Part shown: one piece after another, positions 40,653 to 50,024 of the stretch | How positions within the stretch are numbered: position 1 is the first letter of the stretch | Layout of the letters: each line of letters starts with the position of its first letter | Assembly: GCA_020633315.1 (NCBI GenBank) | Contig: JACKDV010000004.1 | Span: 512,071 to 576,070 of the forward strand | From: Myxococcales bacterium | Lineage (GTDB): Bacteria; Myxococcota_A; Polyangia; Nannocystales; Nannocystaceae | DNA: 64,000 nucleotides | Reading direction: 5' to 3' | The notes under the pieces: model-generated | Database searches by the model: none | What the model was told of the DNA's origin: nothing | Seen by the model: the letters and a program-made list of their open reading frames with translations, nothing else | Translations under genes and position numbers: made by a program

Positions 40653-41117
40653 ATGACCGCGCCCATCCAGGTGCTCGTCTGCTACGTCCCGGGAGACGAG
40701 CCCTCGCTCGCGCGCCTCGAGGTGGAGCTCGAGGCCATCGGGCGCAGCCACCCGATCGAGGTCCGAGCCGTGCCCGCCCGAGCTCCGGCGCGGGCTCCAT
40801 CGGAGCTCACGACCCCTGGGGGCGTCGACGTCCTGCTCGTGCTCGTGTCCCCCCGCCTCGCGATCGGCGACGAGCCCTCTGCCTCGCGGCTGCGGACCCT
40901 CGGCGAGCTCGCGGTCGGTCCCGGCCGGGTCGTGCCCATCCTCCTCGAGCCCACGCCCGCCTGGACCCGGCATCCCGAGCTGGGCACGCTCGCCGCCCTG
41001 CCCGACTTCGCCACCGCCATCACCGACTGGGTCGACGAGGACGGCGCATGGGCCAAGGTCGGGGCGGGGCTCCGGCGCCTGGTCGAGCACCTCGCCACGC
41101 AGCGCGACCTCCCGTGA
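40653..41117 (+). CDS. Hypothetical protein with TIR-like (flavodoxin-fold) features
   Basis: VLVCYVPGDEPSLARLEVELEAIGR (betaA-alphaA-like), VDVLLVLVSPRLAIGDEPSASRLRTL and VVPILLEPTP resemble TIR/DUF1863 strand-helix spacing. Weak, pattern-based. Confidence 0.4.
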   Translation: MTAPIQVLVCYVPGDEPSLARLEVELEAIGRSHPIEVRAVPARAPARAPSELTTPGGVDVLLVLVSPRLAIGDEPSASRLRTLGELAVGPGRVVPILLEPTPAWTRHPELGTLAALPDFATAITDWVDEDGAWAKVGAGLRRLVEHLATQRDLP

Positions 41118-41212
41118 GCTCGAATCGACCCCCGCTCGACCCGCCCGCGTGATCGAGCGCGTCGAGCTCACCGCCCGCAACGACGCGCTGGGCCAGACGG
41201 GCCGGGCCGTGC

Positions 41213-41890
41213 TCACCCCGTCCCGATCCTCGCCCGTACCTCCGACACCCAGGTGTCCAGCCCCGAGATCGTCGACTCCGCCAGCGCCGGGTCCTCGCTC
41301 ATCGCCCCCACGATCTCGGCCAGTCGTCGGCGCCCCCGGTGGAGGTGGGTGTGCACGGTGGCGCGGGGCATGCCGAGCAGCTCGGCGATCTCGTTGCCCG
41401 ACAGCTCCTCGAAGTAGCTCAGCTCCACCACGATCTGCTGCACCATCGTCAGCCGTCGCAGCGCGTTGACGAGCAGCTTGGTCTGCTGGGCCCGGGCCAC
41501 GATCGAGCTGGGGGAGCGCGGCAGCGACTGGGCCACGCACAGCTCCTCGAAGTCCAGCCGCTCGCGCTCCCGCTTGGCCAGCTTGCGGAAGTAGCCGCGC
41601 AGCTTGTTCATCGCCACCGCGAACAGGAAGGAGCGGAAGCTGCCGAGCATGGTGGCCCGGTCTCGCCCCACGCAGCAGCCGAGGAAGGTCTCCGAGACGA
41701 GGTCGGTGGCGTCCTCGGGGTCGCGCACCTTGTTGAGGAAGAAGCGCATCAGCAGCGCGAAGTAGCGATGGGCCAGCCGGGTCGCAGCCTCGTCGTCGCC
41801 CGCCTTCCAGGCGATCACCAGGTCCCAGTCGGAGACCTCGGCCTCCCTGCGAGATCCCCCTTCCCGCGCGCGGGTCGCTTCGATCACCAT
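41213..41890 (-). CDS. ECF RNA polymerase sigma factor
   Basis: Region 2 (DATDLVSETFLGCC ... FRSFLFAVAMNKLRGYFRK) and region 4 (QQIVVELSYFEELSGNEIAELLGMPRATVHTHLHRGRRRL). SD GGAGG upstream. Confidence 0.85.
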   Translation of the reverse strand: MVIEATRAREGGSRREAEVSDWDLVIAWKAGDDEAATRLAHRYFALLMRFFLNKVRDPEDATDLVSETFLGCCVGRDRATMLGSFRSFLFAVAMNKLRGYFRKLAKRERERLDFEELCVAQSLPRSPSSIVARAQQTKLLVNALRRLTMVQQIVVELSYFEELSGNEIAELLGMPRATVHTHLHRGRRRLAEIVGAMSEDPALAESTISGLDTWVSEVRARIGTG

Positions 41891-41934
41891 TCCGTCCTCC
41901 CGGCGGAGGGAGTCGTCACTCCGGCCCGAATTGT

Positions 41935-43170
41935 TCAATCGGGTCGTCGGATCGATGCCGGGCCCGACCGCATCGGGGGCTCCTCGACCAGGAGCGGGAG
42001 CGAGTCCTCGAGCTGCGCGCGGGCGCGGATCAGCGCCCGCGCCCGCTCGAGCCCCGATCCCACCTGCGCTCGCACGGCGTTCCACAGCGGCTCGATGCCG
42101 ATCCCGTCGCCACCGCGCCCCACCACCCCGCCGCACGACCGAGCCAGCGCGACCAACACGACCAGCATCATCACCCCCAGCCCGACCAGCCCCAGCCGCC
42201 GACGCCGACGCGCCCGAGCCCCCTGCACATCCCGGAGCTGCTCCAGCAGCACCGCCATCGAGGGCCAGCGCGCGCTCGGATCCTCACTCAGCCCCCGAGC
42301 GAGGATCGACCACAGCGCAGGCGGTACCGACGTGCCACGAGCCAGAGGTCGCCGCGGCCCCTGCTGCACCTGCCGCAGCCGCTCGTGTACGGTCTGCCCC
42401 GCGAACGGCGGCCGCCCGTAGAGCGCCACGTGCAGCGCCACGCAGAAGCCGAACTGGTCGCTCCGCGGCTCGCCCCGCTGCCCCCGCAGCTGCTCCGGCG
42501 CCATGTAGGTCGGAGTCCCGAGCACCTCCCCCACCCGCGTGGTCGTGCCCCGCATCCCGGCCCCCCCGGGCTCGGCGGGCCCCCCGTGCTCGGTCACATC
42601 GCCACGGCTGCGCACCAGGCCGAAGTCGCCGACCTTGATCGAGCCATCGTCACCGACGAGCACGTTCTCGGCCTTGAAGTCGCCGTGGACCAGCCCGGCC
42701 TCGTGCGCCGCAGCCAGGCCCTCGCCCGCCGCCACGAACGCCCGCACGACCTCGTCCCAGCCTCGCGCCCGCGCCTCGAGCCAGTCGGCCAGCGTGGTGC
42801 CCTCCACGTGCTCCATCACCACGAAGATCCGCCCCTCGTGCTCGCCCACCCCGTACACCCGCACCACCTGCGGATGGTGCAGGCGGGCCATCGCCCAGGC
42901 CTCGCGACGCATGCGGCGAGCGAACGCATCCGAGTCGGCGTCGTGGCCCAGGCGATCGTGGAGCAGCTTGAGCGCCACCCGGCGGTCGAGGATGGGGTCG
43001 CGCACCAGGTACACGATGCCCATGCCGCCCGCTCCCAGGCGCCGGATCAGCTCGTAGCGCCCGATGGTGGCCGTCGGCGCCTCGGTGCCGTGCATCCGCG
43101 CCAGCACCCGCCGAAACGCGGCGTCCTGCTCGAAGGCCGGCAGCCCGAGGATGCGCTTGGTGTCGTCCAT
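41935..43170 (-). CDS. Serine/threonine protein kinase with C-terminal TM anchor
   Basis: GAGGMGIVY, VALKLL, HGDFKAENVLV, DFG (VGDFGLV), APE (YMAPE). TM segment (LVGLGVMMLVVLVALA). Ends 42 bp upstream of the ECF sigma gene on the same strand. Confidence 0.9.
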   Translation of the reverse strand: MDDTKRILGLPAFEQDAAFRRVLARMHGTEAPTATIGRYELIRRLGAGGMGIVYLVRDPILDRRVALKLLHDRLGHDADSDAFARRMRREAWAMARLHHPQVVRVYGVGEHEGRIFVVMEHVEGTTLADWLEARARGWDEVVRAFVAAGEGLAAAHEAGLVHGDFKAENVLVGDDGSIKVGDFGLVRSRGDVTEHGGPAEPGGAGMRGTTTRVGEVLGTPTYMAPEQLRGQRGEPRSDQFGFCVALHVALYGRPPFAGQTVHERLRQVQQGPRRPLARGTSVPPALWSILARGLSEDPSARWPSMAVLLEQLRDVQGARARRRRRLGLVGLGVMMLVVLVALARSCGGVVGRGGDGIGIEPLWNAVRAQVGSGLERARALIRARAQLEDSLPLLVEEPPMRSGPASIRRPD

Positions 43171-43262
43171 GGCCGAAGGCGGCTCTCCCCGGGGGAGTCA
43201 CCACCGCGACCGCGATCATTCACCGCAGCGCGCCCTGGGTCGCGGGCCGCCGCGCCCGCGGG

Positions 43263-46200
43263 CTACCGCACCCCACGCAGCCGCCACAGCAGCGTGAACA
43301 CGCTGGGCACCACGTAGAGCGTGAGCACGGTGGACACCACCAGGCCGCCCAGCACGATCGCTCCCACCCCGCGGTACAGCTCGGCCCCCGAGCCCGGGAA
43401 CACCACCAGCGGCAGCAGGCCCGCCACCGAGGTGGCGGTGCTCATGAAGATCGGCCGCACCCGCGCCTCCACGGCCCGGGGCACCGCCTCGCGCAGCGGC
43501 TCCCCCTCGCGCAGCCGAGCCAGCGCCCCGTCGACCACGAGGATCGCGTTGTTGACCACCACCCCCACCAGGATCACGAAGCCCAGGGCGGTCATCAGGT
43601 CGAGGGGCTGCGGGGCCAGGTAGCGGTTCACCAGCCACAGCCCCAGCACCCCGCCGCCGCCCGCCAGGGGCACGGTGACCAGCACCACCAGCGGGGCCAG
43701 GAAATCCTCGAACAGCGCGGCCAGCAGCAGCAGCGAGATCACCACCGCCAGCAGCAGCACGTCGCCCATCCGCCCCTTGGCCGCCTCGAGCTGGCCCGCC
43801 GTGCCCGACAGCGCGATGTCGATGCCGCCGCCGATCGTGCCGTCCTCGTGCAGCGGGGCGAGCACCTCGTCGCGGATCACCCGCATCGCCTCCTCGAGCG
43901 CGATCGAGTCGGGCGGGGTCACCTGCAGCACGATGGCCCGCCGCCGCTCGATCCGCTTGATCAGCGTGGGACCCAGCCGCTCCTGCAGATCGGCGAGGCT
44001 CGACAGCGGCACGATGTCGCCGCTGGGAGTGGCCACCGGCGAGGCCGCGAGCGCCTCGGGGTCATCCACCTCGCGCCCGCCCGGTTGCAGCGCCCGCAGG
44101 GCCACGTCGATCTTGGGCTCGCCCTGCGGACCCAGCTCACCCACGATGGCCCCGTCCACGTAGGCATCGACCACCAGACCCAGCTCGGCCCCGCTCACGC
44201 CCAGCCCCGCCGTGTCGTCGCGCCGCGGGATCGCGTGCAGCTCGGGCGCGCCCAGGTCCAGCGAGGGGATCGGTCGCACCTGCGCCCCGGGCACGGCCTG
44301 CGAGATCGCCCCCATCAGCCGCCCGCCCAGGCCGATCACGGCCGCGAGATCGGAGCCGCTGATCTCCACCTCCACCGCGCGCCCGCTGCCGATCTGCCGC
44401 CCGAACAGCGAGGCCTGCGAGGCGAAGGCGAAGGTGCCGGGGGCCTGGCCGCCGGCCTGGCGCACGAAGGGCACCAGCTCGCCCACGCGCTCGTCCTGCT
44501 CGGCGATCACCCCGAAGATCACCTGGTTGGGGCTGCCCACGAAGAAGCTGCGCTCGATCGCCGGCACCCCACCCTCGTCCACCCCGGTGTGCGCGGCCAT
44601 CTGCCCCTGCACGTCGCGGCCGATGTCGTCGAGCTCGGCCGGCGAGTAGCCGGGCGGAGGCAGCAGGATCCCGAAGATGAGGTTGCGGTTGCCGGTGGGC
44701 AGGTACTCCATGGCGGGCAGCAGCGCCACCGCCAGCACCACCGCCCCCGCCACCGCGGCCGTGGCCACCAGCAGGCCGCGCCACCACGAGCGCACCAGCC
44801 AGCCCACCTGCCGACCGATGCCACGCCGCACCGCGGCCCCCAGCCCGCCCGTCGCGGCGTCGCCCGCCGCCCGCGAGCGCAGCAGCTTGGCCGAGAAGCT
44901 GGGGATCACCAGCACCGAGACCAGCAGCGACACCCCCACCGCGAGGGCGATGGACACCGCCACGTCGCGCAGCAGCTCGCCCACCTCGTCCTGCCAGCCG
45001 ATGATGGGCAGGAACACTGCCGCGGTGGTCACGGTGGAGGCCAGCAGCGCCCCCCACACCTCCTTCACCCCGCGGTAGGCCGCCTCGGCCGCTCCCACCC
45101 CGCGGCTGCGCCAGGTGTCGATGTTCTCGAGCGCCACGATCGAGTTGTCGACCACCATGCCCACCGCGAAGGCGGTGCCCGCCAGCGAGACCACGTTGAT
45201 CGTGCGCCCCATCAGCGCCATGCCCAGCGCGGTCCCCAGCACGCACACCGGGATCGCCACGCTGATCACGGCCGAGGCGGCGATGCTGCGCAGGAACAGC
45301 AGCAGCACCACGATCGCCAGCGCAGCCCCGATGAGCAGGTTGCTGCGCACCAGCTCGAGCGCCCCGGTGATGTAGCCCACCTGGTCGGAGACCAGCTCCA
45401 TCTCCAGGCCCTCGGGCGCGAAGCGGGTCTGGTCGAGCTCGGCGACCACCTCGCGCACCTCCTGGCTCACCTCGAGCACGTTGGTGCCCGCCTCGCGGAA
45501 CAGCAGCAGCACCATCGAGGGGCGGTCGTCCGAGAACGCCACGTCGGTGGCGTCGCGCAGGCCGGGCCGCACGGTGGCCACGTCGCCCAGCAGGATGGGC
45601 GTGCCCTCGGGACCCGCCCCGATCACGATGCGCTCGAGCTGCTGGGGCACCTCGGGGGCCACCGGCGTGCGCACCAGGTAGCGGCGCTTGCCGATGTCGA
45701 GGTCGCCGCCCGACACGTCGCGCAGCTCGGCCCCGATCCGCGCCGCCACCTGCTGCACCGTGATCCGCCGGGAGGCCAGCGCGGCCATGTCGAAGTCCAC
45801 GTGGATCCGGCTGTCGCGGCCCCCCAGGTGCATGATGGAGGCGACGCCGGGGATCCGCTCGAGCCGGGGGATGATCTCCTGCTCCACCCAGGTGCGGTAC
45901 TGCCCCACGGGCTCGCCGGTGGGCGAGCGGATGGTGATCACCGCCAGCGGGGGCCCCGAGTTGCTCGCCGCGCTCACCACCGGCTCGCGCGCGGCCGCGG
46001 GGTAGTCGGGCACCTGGGTGAGGCGGTTGCTCACCCGCACCAGCGCCTCGTCGAGGTCGGTGCCCACCTCGAACTCCAGGGTCAGCCGCGCCTCGTCGGG
46101 CCGCGCCTCCGATTCCATCTTCACCAGGCCGGGCACGGCCTTGAGCGCATCCTCTTGCTCCTCGAGGATCTCGGCCTCCACCTCCTGCGGCGACGCCCCC

Positions 46201-46385
46201 GGCCAGCGGGTGTTGATCGTCATGGTGGGCACCGTGACGTCGGGGGTGAGCTGGATCGGCAGGTCGGCGATCGACAGCGCGCCGAACATGATCACCAGCA
46301 CCACGCCCACCAGCACCGTGACCGGCCGCTGCACCGCGGTGCGGACGAGGTCTCCCGGGGACGTGGGCTCGGTGGGCTCGGCCAT
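43263..46385 (-). CDS. Efflux RND transporter permease subunit (AcrB/HAE family, 1040 aa)
   Basis: 12-TM RND architecture with conserved AcrB-family segments (e.g. GIVVNNAILLVD-like VVVNNAILVVDGAL, FMSTATSVAGLLPL). Confidence 0.95.
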   Translation of the reverse strand: MAEPTEPTSPGDLVRTAVQRPVTVLVGVVLVIMFGALSIADLPIQLTPDVTVPTMTINTRWPGASPQEVEAEILEEQEDALKAVPGLVKMESEARPDEARLTLEFEVGTDLDEALVRVSNRLTQVPDYPAAAREPVVSAASNSGPPLAVITIRSPTGEPVGQYRTWVEQEIIPRLERIPGVASIMHLGGRDSRIHVDFDMAALASRRITVQQVAARIGAELRDVSGGDLDIGKRRYLVRTPVAPEVPQQLERIVIGAGPEGTPILLGDVATVRPGLRDATDVAFSDDRPSMVLLLFREAGTNVLEVSQEVREVVAELDQTRFAPEGLEMELVSDQVGYITGALELVRSNLLIGAALAIVVLLLFLRSIAASAVISVAIPVCVLGTALGMALMGRTINVVSLAGTAFAVGMVVDNSIVALENIDTWRSRGVGAAEAAYRGVKEVWGALLASTVTTAAVFLPIIGWQDEVGELLRDVAVSIALAVGVSLLVSVLVIPSFSAKLLRSRAAGDAATGGLGAAVRRGIGRQVGWLVRSWWRGLLVATAAVAGAVVLAVALLPAMEYLPTGNRNLIFGILLPPPGYSPAELDDIGRDVQGQMAAHTGVDEGGVPAIERSFFVGSPNQVIFGVIAEQDERVGELVPFVRQAGGQAPGTFAFASQASLFGRQIGSGRAVEVEISGSDLAAVIGLGGRLMGAISQAVPGAQVRPIPSLDLGAPELHAIPRRDDTAGLGVSGAELGLVVDAYVDGAIVGELGPQGEPKIDVALRALQPGGREVDDPEALAASPVATPSGDIVPLSSLADLQERLGPTLIKRIERRRAIVLQVTPPDSIALEEAMRVIRDEVLAPLHEDGTIGGGIDIALSGTAGQLEAAKGRMGDVLLLAVVISLLLLAALFEDFLAPLVVLVTVPLAGGGGVLGLWLVNRYLAPQPLDLMTALGFVILVGVVVNNAILVVDGALARLREGEPLREAVPRAVEARVRPIFMSTATSVAGLLPLVVFPGSGAELYRGVGAIVLGGLVVSTVLTLYVVPSVFTLLWRLRGVR

Positions 46386-46397
46386 CGCGACTCGATC

Positions 46398-47510
46398 TCA
46401 GGGCTCGACCACGGCCACGGGCTGGCCCGGACGCAGGCGCTCGTTGCCCTTGACCACCACCGTGTCTCCCGCCGCCAGCCCCTCGCCGCGCACCAGGGCC
46501 TGGTCGTCGGCGGTGGCGATCACCTCCACGGGCACCGGCGCGGCCGCCCCGTCGCGCACCGCCACCACCCGCACCCCCACCGCGCCGTAGACCAGCGCAT
46601 CGCGGGGCACCACCACGCCTTCCTCGTCGCGGCGAATGGGAAACGACACGTCGACCGAGGCCCCGGGCATCAGCCAGGGTGTCGTCTCGCGCGGCACCAG
46701 GCGGATCTTGGCCGTGCGGGTGATCGGATCGAGGGCGCGCACCAGGCCGCGGATCTCGGCCGCCGTCTCGCGCTCGCCCCGGCGCACGACGGCCTCGGTG
46801 CCCGGGCTGAGCCGCTCGACCAGCTCGGCCGAGCCCTCCACGATGATCTCCACCGACTCGTCGTCCACCAGGTCGAGCACCACGTCGCCGGGGCGCACCC
46901 AGTCGCCGGGGTCGACCCGGCGCGAGGCGATCACCCCGGCGAAGGGGGCCTCCACGTGATGGCGGCCGAGCTGCACCTTGGCCTCGCGCTCGCTCGCCCG
47001 TAGCTGCGCCTTGCGGGTCTCGAGGGTGGTGGCCCGGGTCACGTCGCGCTCGATCTCCGCCTCGGGGATGATCGCCGCGCCCAGCGACTCGGCCCGCTGC
47101 CGATCGCGGCGCGCCTGCTCGAGCTCCTGCGTGGTCTCGGTCCGCGAGGCCCGGGCCGCCTGCAGCCGCGCGCGTGCCAGGCTGCCGTCGATCCGCAGCA
47201 GGGGCTCCCCCGGCTCCACGCGATCGCCCACCCGCACCGCCACCTCGAGCACCTCGCCATCGGCCCCCGCCGCCAGCTCGGCCCGATGCAGCGCCTGCAC
47301 CTCGCCGAGGAACACCCAGCGATCATCCAGCCCACCCCCCCGGGCGCTGGCCACCTGCACCCGCGCCGGCGGAGGCGCCTCGGACTGGCCGGCCGCCGGC
47401 GCATCCTTGGACTCGGCCACCATGCACGACGGAGCGCCCCCGAGCAGCGGGAGCAGCAGCATGATGGCCTGGATTGGACGAGGCATGAGCGGCGTTGGCG
47501 CAGGGTTCAC
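46398..47510 (-). CDS. Efflux RND transporter periplasmic adaptor subunit (HlyD/MFP family)
   Basis: Signal/lipobox. Coiled-coil hairpin region (Ala/Arg/Glu-rich), lipoyl-like and beta-barrel segments. Immediately upstream of the RND permease (13 bp gap). Confidence 0.85.
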   Translation of the reverse strand: MNPAPTPLMPRPIQAIMLLLPLLGGAPSCMVAESKDAPAAGQSEAPPPARVQVASARGGGLDDRWVFLGEVQALHRAELAAGADGEVLEVAVRVGDRVEPGEPLLRIDGSLARARLQAARASRTETTQELEQARRDRQRAESLGAAIIPEAEIERDVTRATTLETRKAQLRASEREAKVQLGRHHVEAPFAGVIASRRVDPGDWVRPGDVVLDLVDDESVEIIVEGSAELVERLSPGTEAVVRRGERETAAEIRGLVRALDPITRTAKIRLVPRETTPWLMPGASVDVSFPIRRDEEGVVVPRDALVYGAVGVRVVAVRDGAAAPVPVEVIATADDQALVRGEGLAAGDTVVVKGNERLRPGQPVAVVEP

Positions 47511-47633
47511 AAGCCCCGGTCCCTGCGACCGTCACGAACACTATCCGAGTTTCACGACGGAGGTGGATGAGCCCAGGCCCTGCGCCGACGTTCACCTGGT
47601 AGATCGCGCGTTGGCGTACACTTCGGACGCAGG

Positions 47634-48412
47634 ATGTTCTCCTCCATCACCGTCGAGGGCTTCCGGTGCTTTCCGCGCTTCGAGCTGAGACCCCTCGAGC
47701 GCATCAACCTCCTTGTCGGCGCGAACAACTCCAGCAAGTCGGCGATGCTGGAGGCGATCGCATTGCTCGCCTCGCGTGGGGATCCAGCGCATCGTTCCCG
47801 AGATCGTGGAGCACGCGGGGATCCCCTGGGCAGACCAAGCCCTCGGGTTCAAGGTGTTCATCCGGCCCTCGGGCAGCTACGAGCAGATCAAGGACCTCAT
47901 CCCGACGGAGCTCGCATCACGCGTCCGCGAGACGGTGGGCATCATCGTCGACGCCGACGTATCCGTCGAAGGCCGATGGCGCTCCCTTCGCGACCACTGC
48001 TCGAGCACCGTGGTCGGCCTCTCGCCCGAGCAGTGGCCAGCGGCCCCCGTCTCCGAGGGACTCGTGATCGACTTCGAGGCGCCCCAGGGTCATCGGCGTC
48101 TCGGCTTGTGGATCATGCCCGACAACCGAGCACCGGGCATGATCGAGACCTTCCTACAGCCAGCGTCTTGAGCCGACAGGCTCCCCCACCGGATTGCGCG
48201 AGCTCGCCGAGCGCAGCTGCGACGAAGCCACTGACCTCGGAGCACCGTTCTGTGCCGTGCACCGCGACAAGGCCATCATCCACACCTGGCTCGCCTGGCA
48301 AGATCCCCCGGGCCGCCAGCTTCACGACGCGATCAAGCAGCGCCAGCTCGACCCATCGACGCCGCTCGGCCTCACCTTCGCGTCCTGGTTCCGTCGCCTC
48401 TACGATCTCTAG
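47634..48412 (+). pseudogene. Frameshifted/internally deleted remnant of an OLD-family (AAA-ATPase + TOPRIM) nuclease-like gene
   Basis: Frame 1 begins with the OLD/AAA15-type N-terminus MFSSITVEGFRCF...INLLVGANNSSKSAMLEAIALL (P-loop itself degenerate). The reading frame collapses after ~50 aa. Frame 2 (47713..48171) then reads IVPEIVEHAG...GIIVDADVSVEG...LGLWIMPDN (TOPRIM-like E and DxD). Frame 3 (48194..48412) continues to ...FASWFRRLYDL. Confidence 0.4.
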
Positions 48413-49161
48413 AAGTTGCTCGCCCCCTGGTCGATCCAGTCGGCGAGGTCGTCGATGAAGGAGGGGTCGAGCGGGTCGGCCCCCCGGGGCATGCGCGAGC
48501 CGCCGCCGCCCACCGAGCCCTGGCTGCCGCGGAGCTTGTGCCACAGGTAGCTGCTCTCGTGGTCACCCGGGTCGACCAGGTAGATCGTGCTCTGATCGGA
48601 GGCCACCATGTAGAGCGCGTAGTAGGGACCGTCGCTCAGGTCGAGCGAGGAGTCCTCGCCGCCCGGCTCGTGGCAGCCCGTCACGCAGTTGTCGGTGATC
48701 ACCGGCTCGAGCTCGCTCCACGCGATCGTCCGGGGCAGGTCGCAGGCGTCGGGCACCTCCTGGCCCATGCCCTCGAGCTCGGCCGCGGTGCTCTCGAGCG
48801 CATCGCGGCACTCCACGTCGCAGGCCGCCGCCTCGGGCGCGCCCGCGTCCCAGCAGCTGCCCTCGGATCCGTAGGCCTGCTCGATCGCCATGACGTCGTC
48901 GAGCATGAGGGTGGCCGCACACTCCACCCACTGCGCGCAGGCCTGGGTCTGGCTGGGCATGGGCGGCGGGCCGTCGTCGCTGCTGCCGTCGCCGTCACTC
49001 GAGGTGGTCGCGCCGCCCGTGTCGTCGTCGGTCGCGCTCGGCCCGGTGGCCTGCGGCTCGCCGGTGGAGCCCTCGGTGGTCTCGCCCGCCGGCTCTCCGC
49101 CCTCGCAGGCCAGGCCCAGCCCCAGCCCCACGAGCCCCGTGATCATCGCTCCCCTGCGCAT
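48409..49161 (-). CDS. Secreted lipoprotein, hypothetical (acidic, Cys-containing)
   Basis: Signal/lipobox (MRRGAMITGLVGLGLGLACEGG). Asp/Ser/Gly-rich low-complexity linker then a Cys-containing globular part. Start among three nearby Met codons is uncertain. Confidence 0.55.
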   Translation of the reverse strand: MRRGAMITGLVGLGLGLACEGGEPAGETTEGSTGEPQATGPSATDDDTGGATTSSDGDGSSDDGPPPMPSQTQACAQWVECAATLMLDDVMAIEQAYGSEGSCWDAGAPEAAACDVECRDALESTAAELEGMGQEVPDACDLPRTIAWSELEPVITDNCVTGCHEPGGEDSSLDLSDGPYYALYMVASDQSTIYLVDPGDHESSYLWHKLRGSQGSVGGGGSRMPRGADPLDPSFIDDLADWIDQGASNF

Positions 49162-49244
49162 CGCGACGCCCATCGTACGACGCCGCGAGCCCTGCGGGGG
49201 ACCCCAGCGACGGGCGGGCGCGCGCCCTGCTATCATCGTGCGCC

Positions 49245-50024
49245 GTGCTGCGACGCACCGGTCGTCTGCTGCTGGCCGAGGTGCGGCGCCTGGTCTCGTA
49301 CTCGGCCCTCACCGTGCTGGTGGTCCAGGCCCTCGTGCGCCGCCCCGCCGAGGGCGGCCGCACCGTCCGCATGCAGGTGGCCAAGCAGATCGTGTTCAGC
49401 GCCTGGGACGGGGTGCCGCTGGTGCTGCTCATCGGCGCGCTCATGTCGGTCTCGATGGTGGCGCTCTCGGTCGCCCTGATCCCGAGCTTCGAGGCCACCC
49501 CGCTGGTGGGCCGCGTGCTCGCCTACGGGCTGGTGCGCGAGCTGGCGCCGCTGATGTCGGCGATCCTCGTGATCCTGCGCTCGAGCGGCGCCATCTCGGT
49601 GGAGCTGGGCTACATGAGCTGGCGCGGCGAGGTGGAGGCGCTGGAGACCCTGGGCATCGACCCGGCCAAGTTCCTGCTGCTGCCGCGCTTCGCCGGCCTG
49701 AGCGTGGCCACGGTCACCCTCAACATGCTCTTCGTGGTGGCCGCGGGGGGAGCCGGTCTGCTCACGGCCCAGGTCCTCGGGGTGGCCCCCTCGCTCTCCT
49801 ACGTGGGTGCCAACCTCGAGCAGCTCCTGCTGCCCGAGGACGCGGTGGTCTCCTTCGTCAAGAGCCTGCTGTTCGGGGGCACCATCGCCGCGGTCGCCTG
49901 CTACCACGGCCTGTCGGTCCGCGAGGATCTCACCGAGGTGCCCCGCCGGGCCAGCCGCGCCCTGGTCGAGTCGCTGAGCTGGTGCACGGTCATCGGCGTG
50001 TCCATCACCCTCATCACCCTATGA
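49245..50024 (+). CDS. mlaE: MlaE-family ABC transporter permease
   Basis: MlaE signature (GEVEALETLGIDPAKFLLLPRFAGL, cf. EQIDAL..MGI.P.RYLV.PR). 5-6 TM helices. Confidence 0.85.
   Translation: MLRRTGRLLLAEVRRLVSYSALTVLVVQALVRRPAEGGRTVRMQVAKQIVFSAWDGVPLVLLIGALMSVSMVALSVALIPSFEATPLVGRVLAYGLVRELAPLMSAILVILRSSGAISVELGYMSWRGEVEALETLGIDPAKFLLLPRFAGLSVATVTLNMLFVVAAGGAGLLTAQVLGVAPSLSYVGANLEQLLLPEDAVVSFVKSLLFGGTIAAVACYHGLSVREDLTEVPRRASRALVESLSWCTVIGVSITLITL

Noticed and set aside
43848-47003. 1051-aa +strand ORF across the RND permease/adaptor
   Set aside because: Antisense shadow of the well-conserved RND genes.
48409-49161. Possible haem-binding motif in the lipoprotein (NCVTGCHEPGG)
   Set aside because: Spacing is CxxxCH rather than the canonical CxxCH. 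It is a single occurrence with no other cytochrome features, so it is not called a c-type cytochrome.
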